Below are positions 1 through 12,700 of a stretch of 64,000 bases of DNA, in pieces. This stretch comes from Mobula hypostoma. Lineage: Eukaryota. Where the stretch lies: positions 254,822,001 to 254,886,000 of the forward strand of contig NC_086097.1 in NCBI RefSeq assembly GCF_963921235.1, read 5' to 3'. The position numbers were made by a program, and so were the translations under genes. Each line of letters opens with the position of its first letter. Position 1 is the stretch's first letter. The notes below the pieces were generated by a model that ran no database searches, was not told the DNA's origin, and saw only the letters and a list, made by a program, of their open reading frames with translations.

Positions 1-197
1 TCCAGGGAATAAAGTCCCAACCTATTCAACCTTTCTCTGTAACTGAGTTTCTCAAGTCCCGGCAACATCCTTGTAAACCTTCTCTGCACTCTTTCAACCT
101 TATTTATATCCTTCTTGTAATTTGGTGACCAAAACTGAACACAATACTCCAGATTCGGCCTCACCAATGCCTTATACAACCTCATCATAACATTCCA
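1..197 (-). mobile_element. CR1 LINE ORF2 (RT C-terminal) fragment, cut by the window edge
   Basis: Near-identical to ~46006-46205, which lies within the CR1 ORF reading LYKALVRPNLEYCVQFWSP. Confidence 0.8.
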
Positions 198-540
198 GTT
201 GTGAACTTCCCATGATTCAGGACATTTACAAGGACAAGTCTGTAAAAAGGGCCCATAGAATCATTGGGGACCCAAGTCACCCCAACCACAATCTATTCCA
301 GCTGCTACCATCCGGGAAACGGTACCACAGCATAAAAGCCAGGACCAACAGGCTCTGGGACAGCTTCTTCCACCAGACCATCAGACTGATTAACTCATGC
401 TGATATGAGTGTGGTCTATATTACATTGACTGTTCTATTTATTATAAATTACTATGATTACACATTTAGATGGAGTCATAGCAAAGATTTTTACTCCTCA
501 TGTATGTGAAGGATGTAAGAAATAAAGTCAATTCAATTCA
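198..540 (+). mobile_element. Rex1/Babar-type LINE 3' end
   Basis: ORF 212-403 DPSHPNHNLFQLLPSGKRYHSIKARTNRLWDSFFHQTIRLIN is a typical Rex1/Babar C-terminus; followed by AATAAA and a (TTCAA)n tail. Confidence 0.75.
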
Positions 541-794
541 TTTCAATAACAGCCAAATGAATCAGTGTTCCTCCAGGGGCACAGTGCAGAGCACAGAACC
601 AACAGTAGCACGAGGCACATATAGCCTATTTCGGTATGATAGCAGGAAGCATACAGTCACAATACTGTAATAAAAGCCAAGTCCCTCAGTGTCAGCAATC
701 TTGGCTGGGGTTTAGTTGTGTTTTAATTTGAGTTTAGGGACAGAGAGGAGGTTAATGTTCAGTTTCCTGCTTATTGACAGTGTTGTGGTCCAAA

Positions 795-1109
795 ATTGTG
801 GGCACATGGCCAAGTGGTTAAGGCATTGGACTAGTGACCTGAAGGTCGTGTGTTCGAGCCCCAGCCGAGGGAACGTATTGTGTCCTTGAGCAAGGCACTT
901 AATCAGACATTGCTCTGCAACAACACCAGTGCCAAGCTGTACAGGTCCTAATGCCCTTCCTTTGGACAACATCGGTGTCATGGAGAGGGAAGACTTGCAG
1001 CATGGGCAACTGCTGGTCTTCCATACAACCTTGCCCAGGCCTGTGCCCTGGAGAGTGAAGACTTTCCAGGCACAGATCCATGGTCTCGCAAGACTGATGG
1101 ATGCCCCTA
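795..1109 (+). mobile_element. tRNA-derived SINE with CORE-like body, inserted in a CR1 ORF1 remnant
   Basis: A box TGGCCAAGTGG (807-817), B box GTTCGAGCC (852-860), CORE-like GTGTCCTTGAGCAAGGCACTTAA, 11-bp TSD TGTGGTCCAAA at 784-794 and 1110-1120; the flank reads HKEFKELGAKLKGRTSRMVISGL (CR1 ORF1). Confidence 0.8.
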
Positions 1110-1249
1110 TGTGGTCCAAAGACCTGGGTCGGACGAGTCATGAGATTCTGCATAAGGAGTTCAAAGAATTAGGTGCGAAATTAAAGGGTAGAACCTCCAG
1201 AATGGTGATCTCAGGCCTGCAAGGCAGTGGATGTTGTCTACATAGACTC

Positions 1250-1432
1250 CAGATTAGATTATGAGGATACTCAGTCATTTATTGTCATTTAGAAATGCAT
1301 GCAGTATGATATCACAGAAATACAGGACAGACCAAGACCAAAACTGACAAAAAAACACACAATTATAACATAGTTACAACAGTGCAAAGCAATACCGTAA
1401 TTTGATAAAGAGCAGACCATGGGCACAGTAAA
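1250..1432 (-). mobile_element. 3' end of a (TAATC)n-tailed retroposon, same family as the one embedded in each tRNA unit
   Basis: Plus strand AGATTAGATTATGAGG...GACAGACCAAGAC...GCAATACCGTAATTTGATAAAGAGCAGACCATGGGCAC matches 24994-25212. Confidence 0.7.
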
Positions 1433-1477
1433 AAGAGGAATTTTCTTTAGTAATTCCTAGTAAGAAATTTGACCTTT

Positions 1478-1825
1478 CAGCACCCAGGGCATGCCCTTTT
1501 CTCACTGTTACCATCAGGTAGGAGATAGAAGCCTGAAGGCACACACTCAGCGATTCGGGAACAGCTTCTTCCCCTCTGCCATCCGATTCCTAAATGGACA
1601 TTGAACCTTTGGACGCTACCTCACTTTTTAAATATATACAGTATTTCTGTTTTTGCATGGTTTTTTATAGTCCATTCAATATACATATACCATTACTTAT
1701 TTGTTATAATTATTCTATTTATTATTATTATTTTCTCTCTGCTAGATTATATATTGCATTGAACTGCTGCTGCGAAATTAAATTTCACATCACACGCCAG
1801 TGATAATAAACTGGTTCTGATTCTG
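1478..1825 (+). mobile_element. Rex1/Babar-type LINE 3' end
   Basis: Degenerate HPGHALFSLLPSGRR...NSFFPSAIRFLN coding remnant, AATAAA, (GATTCT)n tail. Confidence 0.65.
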
Positions 1826-1829
1826 AGAT

Positions 1830-2795
1830 CCTGCATGGGAGGCTGGTCAACAACGTTCAGTCACTAGGTATTCAGCATGAGGTAGTAAATTGTTTTAGAC
1901 ATTAGCTTCATGGGAGAAGCCAGATTGTGGGAGTAGAGGGTTGCCTCTCTGACTACAGGGTTGTGATTAGCGGTGTGCCGCAGGCATCGGTGCTGTGTCC
2001 TTGTTGTTTGTCATCTATATCAATGATCAGGATGATAATGTGGTTATCTATATCAGTGAATTTGCAGATGACAGCAAGACTGGGGCTGTTGTGGACAGTG
2101 AGGAAAGCTATCATGGCTTGCAGATGGATCTGCATCAGCTGGAAAAAAGGGCTGAAAATGGCAGATGGAATTTAGTGCAGGTAAGTGTGAGGTTTTGCAC
2201 TTTGGGAGGACCAGCAAGAATAGGTCTTACACAGTGAACAGTAAGACTCTGAAGAGTGTAGTAGAACAAAGGGATCTGGGAAGACAGGTCCGTAATTCAC
2301 TGAAGGTGGTGCCACGGGGAGACAAGGTCGTTAGAAAGCTTCAGGCACATTGGCCTTCATAGATCAGAGTGTTGAGCACAGCAGATAGGATGCTGTCGTT
2401 GTGTTAGACGTTGGTGAGGCCTAATCTGGAGGACTGTATGTAGTTTTGGTCACCTACCTACAGGAAAGATGTAGACAAGTTTTAACAAGCACAGAGAAAG
2501 TTTACAAGGATGTTGCCAGATCTGGAGGACCTGAGTTATAAGGAAAAATTGAATAGGCTAAGGCTGTATTCTTTCAAATGTAGAAGAATGAGAGGAGATA
2601 TAATGGAGGTACACAAATCTATCAGAGGCATAGATAGGGTAAATGCAAGCAGGCTTTTTCCATTGATGTTGGGTGGGACTACAGTCAGAGGTCATGGGTT
2701 TAGGGTGAAAGGTGAGAAATTTAAAGGCAACATGAGGGGAATCTTCAGTCAGTGGATCATGAGGGGAAATTTCACTGAGAGGGTTGTGAGCATGC
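1830..2795 (+). mobile_element. Degenerate CR1 ORF2 3' portion
   Basis: SGVPQ, FADDSK, KCEVLHFGR and LYSFKCRRMRGD motifs spread across frameshifted ORFs. Confidence 0.8.
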
Positions 2796-2844
2796 AGAAT
2801 AATGCACTAGATGAGCCAAAGTTCCGTACTTCTCTATGTTTCTA

Positions 2845-4185
2845 TGGCTATCAGGCAGGAAATTGGAAGCTTAAATTGGAAACAGATATTCTCAGGGAAA
2901 AGTACGGAAGAAATGTGACAAATATTCAGGGGATATTTGTGTGGAGTTCTGCATAGGTACGTTCCAATGAGACAGGGAAGGGGTGGTAGGGTACAGGAAC
3001 CGTGTACAAAGGCTGTAATAAATCGAATCAAGAAGAAAAGCTTACAAAAGGTTCAGAGAGCTAGGTAATGTTAGAGATCTAGAAGATTATAAGGTTAACA
3101 GGAAGGAGCTTAAGAAGGAAATTAGGAGAGCCAGAAGGGGCCATGAGAAGTCCTTATCGGGCAGGATTAAGGAAAACACTAAGGCATTCTACAAGTATGT
3201 GAAGAGCAAGAGGATAAGACGTGAATGAATAGGACCTATCAAGTGTGACAGTGGGAAAGTGTGTATGGAATCGGAGGAAATAGCAGAGGTACTTAATGAA
3301 TACTTTACTTCAGTATTCACTATGGAAAAGGATTTTGGTGATTGTAGTGATGACTTTCAGCAGACTGAAAAGCTTGAGCATATAGATGTTAAGAAAGAGG
3401 ATGTGCTGGAGCTTTTGGAAAGCATCAAGTTGGATAAGTCACCAGGGCCAGATGAGGTATACCCCAGGTTACTGTGGGAGGTGAGGCAAGAGATTGCTCA
3501 GCCTCTGGCGATGAACCTTGCATCATCAACGAGGATGGGAGAGGTCCTGGAGGATTGTTAATGTTGTTCCTCTTTTCAAGAAAGGGAGTTGAGATAGCCC
3601 AGGAAATTATAGACCAGTGAGTCTTACCTCAGTCAACAACAGGAATTCTGCAGATGCTGGAAATTCAAGCAACACACATCAAAGTTGCTGGTGAACGCAG
3701 CAGGCCAGGCAGCATCTCTAGGAAAAGGTACAGTCGACGTTTTTGGCCGAGACCCTTCATCAGGACTTACCTCAGTGATTGCTAAGTTGATGGAGCTGAT
3801 CCTGAGAGGCAGGATTTATGAACATTTGGAGAGGTATAATATGATTAGGAGTAGTCAGCATGGCTTTGTCAAAGGCAGGTGGTGCCTTATGAATTTGTGA
3901 GTGCCTTACAGTAGAGCCTGATTGAGTATTTTGAGGATGTGACTAAACACATTGATGAAGGTAGAGCAGTAGATGTAGTGTATATGGATTTCAGCAAGGC
4001 ATTTGACAAGGTACCCCATGCAAGGCTTATTGAGAAAGTAAGGAGGCATGGGATCCAAAGGAACTTTGCTTTGTGGATCCAGAACTGGCTTGCCCACAGA
4101 AGGCAAAGTGATTGTGGATGGGTCATATTCTGCCTGGAGGCCGGTCACCAGTGGAGTGCATCAGGAATCTGTTTTGGGACCCTTA
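2845..4185 (+). mobile_element. Degenerate CR1 ORF2 middle portion
   Basis: LNEYFTSVFT, KSPGPDEVYPRLL, SQHGFVKGR and VDVVYMDFSKAFDKVPH motifs. Confidence 0.8.
3634..3765 (-). mobile_element. Short Penelope-like element terminal fragment with a degenerate hammerhead motif
   Basis: Homologous to the end of the GIY-YIG element at 38590; 11-bp TSD CTTACCTCAGT at 3623-3633 and 3766-3776. Confidence 0.75.
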
Positions 4186-4189
4186 CCGT

Positions 4190-5662
4190 ACATAACTATA
4201 TAACAATTACAGCATGGAAACAGGCCATCTTGGCCCTTCCACTCCATGCTGAACTCTTAATCTCACCTAGTCCCACCAACCTGCACTCAGCCCATAACTC
4301 TCCATTCCTTTCCTGTCCATCTATCTATCCAATTTAACTTTAAACGACAACATCGAACCTGCCTCAACCACTTCTGCTGGAAGCTCATTCCACACAGCTA
4401 CCACTCTGAGTAAAGAAGTTCCCCCTCATGTTACCCCTAAACCTTTGCCCTTTAACTCTCAACACATGTCCCCTTGTTTGAATCTCCCCGACTCTCAATG
4501 GAAAAAGCCTATCCACGTCAACTCTATCTATCCCCCTCATAACTTTAACCACCACTATCAAGTCCCCCCTCAACCTTCTGCACTCCAAAGAATAAAGACC
4601 TAACTTTTTCAACCTTACTCTGTAACTTAGGAGATGAAACCCAGGCAACATTTTAGTAAACCTCCTCTGTACTCTCTCAATTTTATTGACATCTTTCCTA
4701 TAATTTGGTGACCAGAACTTTACACAATACTACAAATTTGGCCATACCAATGCCTTATACAATTTCAATATTACATCCCAACTCCTATACTCAATGCTCT
4801 GATTAATAAAGGCCAGCATACCAAAAGCTTTCTACACCACCCTATCCACATGAGATTCCACCTTCAGCAAACTATGCACCATTATTCCTAGATCCCTCTG
4901 TTCTACTGCATTCTTCAATGCCCTACCATTTACCTTGTCTGTCCTATTTTGATTAGTCCTACCAAAATGTAGCACCTCACATTTTTCAGCATTAAACTCC
5001 GTCTGCCATCTTTCAGCCCACTCTTCTAACTGGCCTAAATCTCTCTGCAAGCTTTGAAAACCTACTTCATTATCCACAACACCACCTATCTTAGTATCAT
5101 CTGCATACTTACTAATCCAATTTACCACCTCATCATCCAGATCATTAATTTATATATTTATTATATATATGACAAATAACATTGGACCCAGTACAAATCC
5201 CTGAGGCACACTACTCTCTGGCGTCTCCCATCCAGCCACTGCTGAATCCATTTTACTACCCGATATTAATGCCTAACGATTGAACCTTCCTAACTAACCT
5301 TCCATGTGGAACCTTGTCAAAGGCCTTACTGAAGTCCATATAGAGAACATCCACCGCTTTACCCTCGTCAACATTCCTAGTAACCTCTTCAAAAAATTCA
5401 ATAAGATTTGTCAAACATGACCTTCCACGCACAAATCCATGTTGACTGTTCCTAATCAGACCCTGTCTATCCAGATAACTATATATATACACCATCTCTA
5501 AGAATACTTTCCATCAATTTACCCACCACTGATGTCAAACTCACAGGCCGATAATTGCTAGGTTTACTTAGAACCCTTTTTAAACAATGGAAGCACGTGA
5601 GCAATATGCCAATCCTCCAGCACCATCCCCATTTCTAATGACATTTGAAATATTTCTGTCAG
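4190..5662 (-). mobile_element. 5'-truncated CR1 LINE
   Basis: ORFs 5256-5495 (QHGFVRGRSCLTNL, DFSKAFDKVPH), 4832-5128 (KYADDTK) and 4385-4651; 3' UTR/tail near 4190. Confidence 0.85.
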
Positions 5663-5884
5663 AGCAGTCAGTCAGCACACCCAGAGGTCTAGCCCAGAGT
5701 TCAGTGTTTCAACATTGGCTTATCTGGGGAGATAATGAAGTTTGGAGCTCTAGGGTCAATCTGATGCTTGAGGTTGAAGCCTAATGGCAGAAGCTTCTAA
5801 GCAGAAGACAGGAAGCCCATCCTAGAGTTGAAAGACTGTTTGTATTAGTGGGTGGGTGGGTACGTGGGAGGAAAGGGGCTTGAG

Positions 5885-6475
5885 AGTGTCTGAGAAGAAC
5901 ATATTAACTTGCCCAAATAACTATCATCCCGTGGCACTTGCATCCACAGTGATGAAGCATTTTGAGAGGATTCGAATGAGACATTTCAACTCCTGCATGA
6001 GAAACGACTGGGATCTGCTCCAATTTGCCTGTCAGGAGAACAGATGCTCTTCAGATACCATCTCATTGGCTCATCACTCAATCCTGGCACATACAGGCAG
6101 AAAGATGCAGAAATCAAAATGCTCTTTTTTGACTATAACCCCTCAAAACTAATCAATAAACTTCAAGACCTTGGCCCCTTGTGCAGTTGCATTCTCGATT
6201 TCTTCACTTCAGATCCCAGTCAGTTTAGTTTAGCAACAACATCTCCTCCACAATTGTCATTGGCACAGGTGCAGAGCAAGGCTTGGTGCTTAGCCCTCTG
6301 CTCTGCTTACTTTGCACATACGGCTGTGTGGCTAATCACAGCTCCTGTGCCATATTCAAGTTTGCTGATGACACCACTGCCTTCTGCCAAATGAAAGGTG
6401 GTGATGAGTCAGCAGAGAAGGGAGATTGAAAATCTGTCTGAGTGCTGTCACAACAACAAACTCTCAATTCAATGC
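5885..6475 (+). mobile_element. Rex1/Babar-type RT remnant
   Basis: NNYHPVALASTVMKHFER, DLLQFA and KFADDTT-like motifs. Confidence 0.65.
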
Positions 6476-6512
6476 CACAGACTCGACCTGCAAATTAACC
6501 TTTAGAGTAAGT

Positions 6513-8640
6513 CCATAGAACGTAGGAGCAGAATTAGGCTGTTTGGCCCATCAAGTCTGCTCTGCCATTCCATCATGGCTGATCCTTTTTATCCCTCTTT
6601 AGCCCCACTCCCTGGACTTCTCCCCATAACCTCTGATGCCGTTTCCAATCAGGACCCTGTCAAACTGTCTTAAATGCACCCAACAACCTGGCCTGCATAT
6701 CTACCTGTGCTAATAAATTCTGTAAATTCATCACCCACTGGCTAAGGAAAATTCTCCGCATCCCTGTTTTAAATGAATACCCCTCTATCCTGAGGCTGTG
6801 CCCTTTTGTCCCAGACTCCCCAACCATTGGAAACATCCTTTCCACATCTACTCCATCTAGGCCTTTCAACATTGGAAAAGGTTTCAATGAGATCCCACTC
6901 ATCCTTCTAAATTCCAGCGAGTACAAATCCAGAGCTATCAAACCTTCATATGATAACCCTTTCATTCCCAGAATCATCCTTGTGAACCTCCTCTGAACCC
7001 TATCCGATACCATCTTTCTTAGGTGAGGAGCCCAGAACTGGTCTCAATACTCAAGCAGAGGCCTCATCAGTGTCTTATGAAGCCTCAGCATCACATCCTG
7101 CTTATGTATTCTCGTCCTCTTGAACTGAATTCTAACATTGCATTTGCCTGCACAAGGACTCCCAACTCTTTGCATCTCAGATTTTTCAATTTTCTACCCG
7201 TTTAGAATATAGTCTGCACATTTACTTCTACTACCAAATTGTGTGACCATGCATTTTCCAACTTTTTACTTCATTTACCACTTTCTTGCCCATTCTCCTG
7301 TCTAAGTCTATTGTTATCCCACCTGTTTCCTGAACACTGTCTGTCCCTCCACTAGTCTTTGCAAATGTGACAAAAGTTTCCGTCATCTAAGTCATTGATA
7401 TACAGCGTAAAAAGAATTAGTCCCAACACTGACCCCTGCAGAACACCACTGGTCACTGGCAGCCAACCAGAAAAGGATCCTTTTATTCCCACTCACGGCC
7501 TCCTACCAATTAGTCAATGCTCTAACCATGCTAGTAACTTTTCTGTAATAACATGGGCTCTTAAGTTGGTAAGCAGCCGCTTATCTGGCACCTTGTCAAA
7601 TGTTCTGGAAGTTAAAAACATGCTGCCCCCACTGCGTCCCCTTTATCTGTACTGTATGTAATCTCCTCAATGACTTCCAACAGGTTTGTCAGGCAAGATC
7701 TTCCCTTAAGGAAACGTCGTTCTATCTTGTCCACCATCACCAAGTACTCCATAACCTCATCCTTAACAAAGGACTCCAACATCCTCCCGGTCACTGAGGT
7801 CAGGCTAACTGGTCTACAATTTCCCTTCTGATGCTTTCCTTCTTTCTTAAAGAGTGAAGTGACATTTGCAATTTTCCAGTCCTCTGGCACCATGGCAGAG
7901 TACAATGTTTTTTGAAAGATCATTACTAATGCCTCCCCAATCTTTACCATTACCTTTTTCAGAATCCTAGAGTGCAGCTCATCTGATCCGGGTGACTTAT
8001 GTACTTCCAGGTCTTTCAGCTTTTTGAGCTCCTTCTCCCTTGTAACAGTAACTCACCCACTTCTCTTCCTTCACACACCACAACATCTGGCACACTTCTA
8101 GTGTCTTCCACAGTGACAACTGATGCAAAATACTTAGTTCATCGGCCATCTTCTTGGCCGCCGTTATTATTTCTCCAGCCTCGTTTTGTAGCGGTCCTAT
8201 ATCCGCTCACATCTCTTATTTTTTTTACATAATTGAAAAAGCTTTTATAATCCCCTTTGATATTGTTTGCTAGCTTGCGTTTATATTTCACCTTTCCCCT
8301 CCTAATGATTCTTTTAGGTCTGTAGGCTTTTTAAAAGCTTACCAGACCTCTGTCTTCCCACTAATTTTTGCTTTGTTGTATGGCTTCTCTTTTGCTTTTA
8401 CATTAGCTTTGACTTCCCTTGTCTGTCATGGTTGTATTATTTTGCCATTTGAGTATTTCTTTGTTTTTTGGAATACATCTGTCCTGCACCTTCCTCATCT
8501 TACCCAGACACTCATGCCATTGTCGCTCTGCTGTCATCCCTGCCAGCATCTTCTTCCAATTTACTTTGGCCAACTCCTCTCTCATACTGCTGTAATTTCC
8601 TTTACTAAACTGAAATACTACTACGTCAGACTTTACTCTC
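6513..8640 (-). mobile_element. Degenerate CR1 LINE
   Basis: VPEDWKIANVTSLFKK, RVQRRFTRMI and LYSLEFRRM motifs; CR1 3' UTR near 6513-6600. Confidence 0.8.
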
Positions 8641-8649
8641 TCCCTATCA

Positions 8650-9670
8650 AAACTACCTGCCCCTGCAGCTATCTTCATATCATCAGCAAAATTTGCAATA
8701 CAGCCATCAATTCCATCATTCAAATCAGTGACATTTAACACAAAAAGAATCCATTCCAACACAGAGCCCTGCGGAACACCACTAGTCACCGACAGCCAAC
8801 CAGAAAAGGCTCCCTTTATTCCCACCCTTTGCCTCCTGCTAATCAGCCACTGATCTATCCATGGTACTTTTCCTGCAATACCATGGGCTCACAGTTCGTT
8901 AAGCAGCCTCATCTGTGGAACCTTGTCAAAGACTTTCTGAAAATCCAAGTACACAACTTCAGCTGATTCTTCTTTGTCTATCCTGCTTGTTATTTCTTCA
9001 GAGAATTCCAACAGATTTTATCATGTGCCTCCATGTATCCTCAAACCACAGCCTTAACAATTGACTCCAATGTCTTCTAAACCACTGAGGTCAGACAAAC
9101 AAGCCTACAAGTTCCTTTCTTCTGACTCTCCCTTCATGAAAAATGGAGTGGCATTTGCAATTTTCCAGTCTTTCAGAACCATTCCAGATTCTAGTGATTC
9201 TTGAAAGATCATATTTCTGGAAGCAATTTCAAAGGCAGAGGACATATACATCCCAAAGAGCAGGAAGTATTCTGACAATGACACAACCATGGCCAATAAG
9301 TCAAAGACAACATAAAAGCCATAGAGAAAAATTAGTGGGAAGTTAGTGGACTGGGAAGCTTTAAAATACCAACAGAACAGAAGGCAACTAAAAAGTCATT
9401 AAGGTAGAGATGGATTACAAAAATAATTTATCCAATAATATTAAAGAGGATACCAAAAGTTTCTTCAGATATATAAATTGTAAAAGAATGGAGAGAGTGG
9501 ATATCAGACCACTGGAAAACGATGTTGGAGAGGTAGTGATCGGGGACAAGGAAATGGCAGACAAACTGAATATTGTGCATCAGTCTTCACTGTGGAAGAC
9601 ACTAGCAGTATGGTGGAAGTTCTAGGTGTCAGGGGTCATGAGGTGTGTGAAGTTACCATTACTAGAGAGA
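8650..9670. mobile_element. CR1 fragment with an inverted 5' part (minus 8650-9212, plus 9212-9670)
   Basis: Minus: MIFQESLESG...SGVPQGSVL...FADDMK. Plus: IKEDTKSFFRYI...GDKEMADKLN, which lies upstream in ORF2. Confidence 0.65.
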
Positions 9671-9743
9671 AGCATTTCTTGCAGGCATTCACAGAAAAAT
9701 AAACTGATCTTCAGGAAGTTTGAAGCACTGTTGAGGTCCCCAC

Positions 9744-12700
9744 TGTCACAATGGGGTGCTGGGAACAGACCCAAATGCAAGACACAGACACTGAAGTACA
9801 AGGAACAGGGCTTGACTAGAGTAAGGATGTGTTAAGATGCAGACAAGGAGCAGGGACAAGAACGCAGACTTGGGCTAGGGAAAGTAGGACCAGGACTAGG
9901 AACCATGGACTAGGAGACAAGGCTTGGACTTTGAGCCCAAGACTGGACAAGGACCCAGAACCTAAGTCTTGCCACAGGTTCAGACCCCAGAACCAGGCAA
10001 GGACATGACTTGGCTGCCAGCTGGGGTCTTGGGTCTGGAGCTTGGCTGCAGGATCATCAAGGCTTGGGCTCTTGGAGCTCAGAGACAGACTGGGAACTAA
10101 GCATCAATATAGAGCCAGGACTTATCCTTCAACAAGCCAGGACTCATCTTTAACACAACACTAACATGAGACAGGACAGAACATAGACAGAGCCAGGACT
10201 CAACTTCTCCACACCAAGGTGGGACAGGTCCATCTGTTGGGTAACAGCAGGACAGCCAGACTTACCCCACAGAGGCAAAAACAAAACATGTTTCCGCCCC
10301 CCCCCCCACACACAGGGCAGCAGCAAGACAGCCTGACTTACCCCAGAGGCAAGGACAAGACAAGACATGACCCCCCACAGGGCAACAGCAAGACAGCCTG
10401 ACTTACCACACAGAGGCAAGGACAAGTTCCATCTCTGCTCCAGGGTAGCTCCAAGTCTCAGTTCAGCCAGCAACCTCAGCTGGCTACAGAAACAGCCAGA
10501 TCCCTACCTAGCTCAGAGTGGCTGGAAACCACTCAGCTGGTCCAGGGAATAGCCAAATCCATACCACAAAGACTACTCCAATGAGTGGCAACAAGGCTCC
10601 ATGAAGCAGTGGTCCTCCAGCCAGGCCTAGAGATCACAAATGATTTCACTAGCCTTCCATCAGCAGGTTGCTCCAAGGGGGACTAACCAGACAAACCAGC
10701 CCACCCACACCGTCTGTCTGTATCTTGTTTTATGGCGGTTGGCATCCAGCTTAATGGTGCATTACCGCCACCCTCTGCTCCAGAATGTGCACTAGACATA
10801 CATTCTAAATCCCTTCACCCAATCACACACATGCACACACAAACCTACACTTCACCCTCCCATCTTTGACCATCCTAGTATCCTATTCCTGTTTATTTTG
10901 TCATATTCTATAAAAAAAACCCTGTACCCCTTAAAAACGCTAAAAATACCCAGACTTGTGCTGTCTCACCCATGCCCAGCAACCCTTTTAATGTGAACTC
11001 CTGCATCCCAAACTCCCTTAATTTATTTCTCATCATCTCTCTCTGTATCCCATACTTCCTGCAACTCAGAACTACATGTTCTACTGACTCCTCTTCCTGA
11101 CATTCCTCACACAATCCTGTCTGGTGTTTCCCTATCATTTTCAATGTTTTGTTTAATGCACAGTGCCCCCGCCTTAACCTAGTCCACACAATTTCCTCTC
11201 TTCTGTTTCCATTACCTACCCTAGTAACTGCAACACTCTTTTGTATTTGATATAAATGCCTCCCTTTCCCCTCCCTGTCCCATCTTTCTTGCCACATTCG
11301 GTTGACTTTTTCCCAGATTACACACTTAACCTCTGCTTTACTGATACTAATGTGCATTTCCACATTTTCTTTCATTAACACCCTCTTTGCCAACTCATCC
11401 ACCCTCTCATTCCCCTTCACCCCTACATGTGCTGGAACCCATAGAAATTTTACCTGACCTCCCTGATTTGCAATTCTTGTAACTAACTGAAGGACTTCAT
11501 AAAGTACATCTTCCCGACTGTTTGTGTGAAAAGACCTTAAACTTGCTAGAACTGAGGATGAATCTGAACATATCAATGCTTTGACTTGTCTGGTTTTCTG
11601 CACCCATTGCAACGCAACCAACACTGCCAGCATCTCCACTGTAAACACCCCTAACTTATTAGATGTTCTTCCGCTGATTCCAATTTCTTTTGCTGGTATT
11701 ACCACCCCAAACCCTATCATTCCTGTTTCAGGTTCCTTCGCACCATCCATATAAATGTGAGTATAATCACTATACTTTTCCATCACATGACAGTTAAATG
11801 CATTTACCAAATCTGTTTTATATCTTTCTTTCCTTTTTACCTCTAACAAATGCCAGTCTATGTCAGGCCATACAAGCTTCCATGGTGCTACAACCGGATA
11901 AACTACTGAAGGACTTATCCTCAGATCAAACACTCCACATTCTTTCGCGATATCATTCCCTACCCGACTAAAGGTATCCCTCTGAAACCTCCCATTTTCC
12001 CAGCACTCCTGCAACACTCCTTTAGTAGGGTGAGAATCATTGTGCCCCTGCAAGTTAGCCCAGTAGTTTGCCATCAGTTGCATCCTTCTTAGTTCCAAAG
12101 GCATTATTCCCATTTCTACCTGTAGTGCTGACACTGGTGACATTTTAAAAGCCCCACTGCACACTCTCAAGGCCTGAGCCTGAATCACATCCAGTTTCCT
12201 TACAAGAGACCTAGATGCTGATCCATATACTATATTTCCATAATCCAATACAGACTAAAGCCACATACATTCTCTTCAAAGCTGAACAACTTGCTCCCCA
12301 TTCCCTACCCAGTCAAACATCTCATCACATTTATTACTTTTTTACATTTCTCCTCAACTTTCCTGATATGGTCTGCCCATGTTAATCATGAATCAAATAT
12401 AACTCCCAGAAATTTAAATGATGCAGCCCTTTCTAATTCAACCCCATACATCCTTAACTTCTTCCCTACCTCAACCCTTTTCCTGGTAAAAAATACAGTT
12501 TGAGTTTTATCTACTGAAAATCTACATCCCCAATCATAACCCCACTCCACCACTTCATCAATTGCTTCTTGTAGCTTCCTGATTATATGGTCCATGTTCC
12601 TGCCTCTTTTCCACATGGCCCCATCATCCGCAAACAGTGACCTACCTATATCCACTGGTACCTTTGTGAAGACATCATTGATCATAATGATGAAAAGTAA

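Noticed and set aside
212..403. ALKBH8-like/DUF1891-associated host gene fragments (also 15325-15714)
   Set aside because: This sequence type is the C-terminus of Rex1/Babar LINE proteins and is followed by a retroposon tail
800..870. Additional tRNA gene
   Set aside because: It is the tRNA-like head of a TSD-flanked SINE and has no proper acceptor stem
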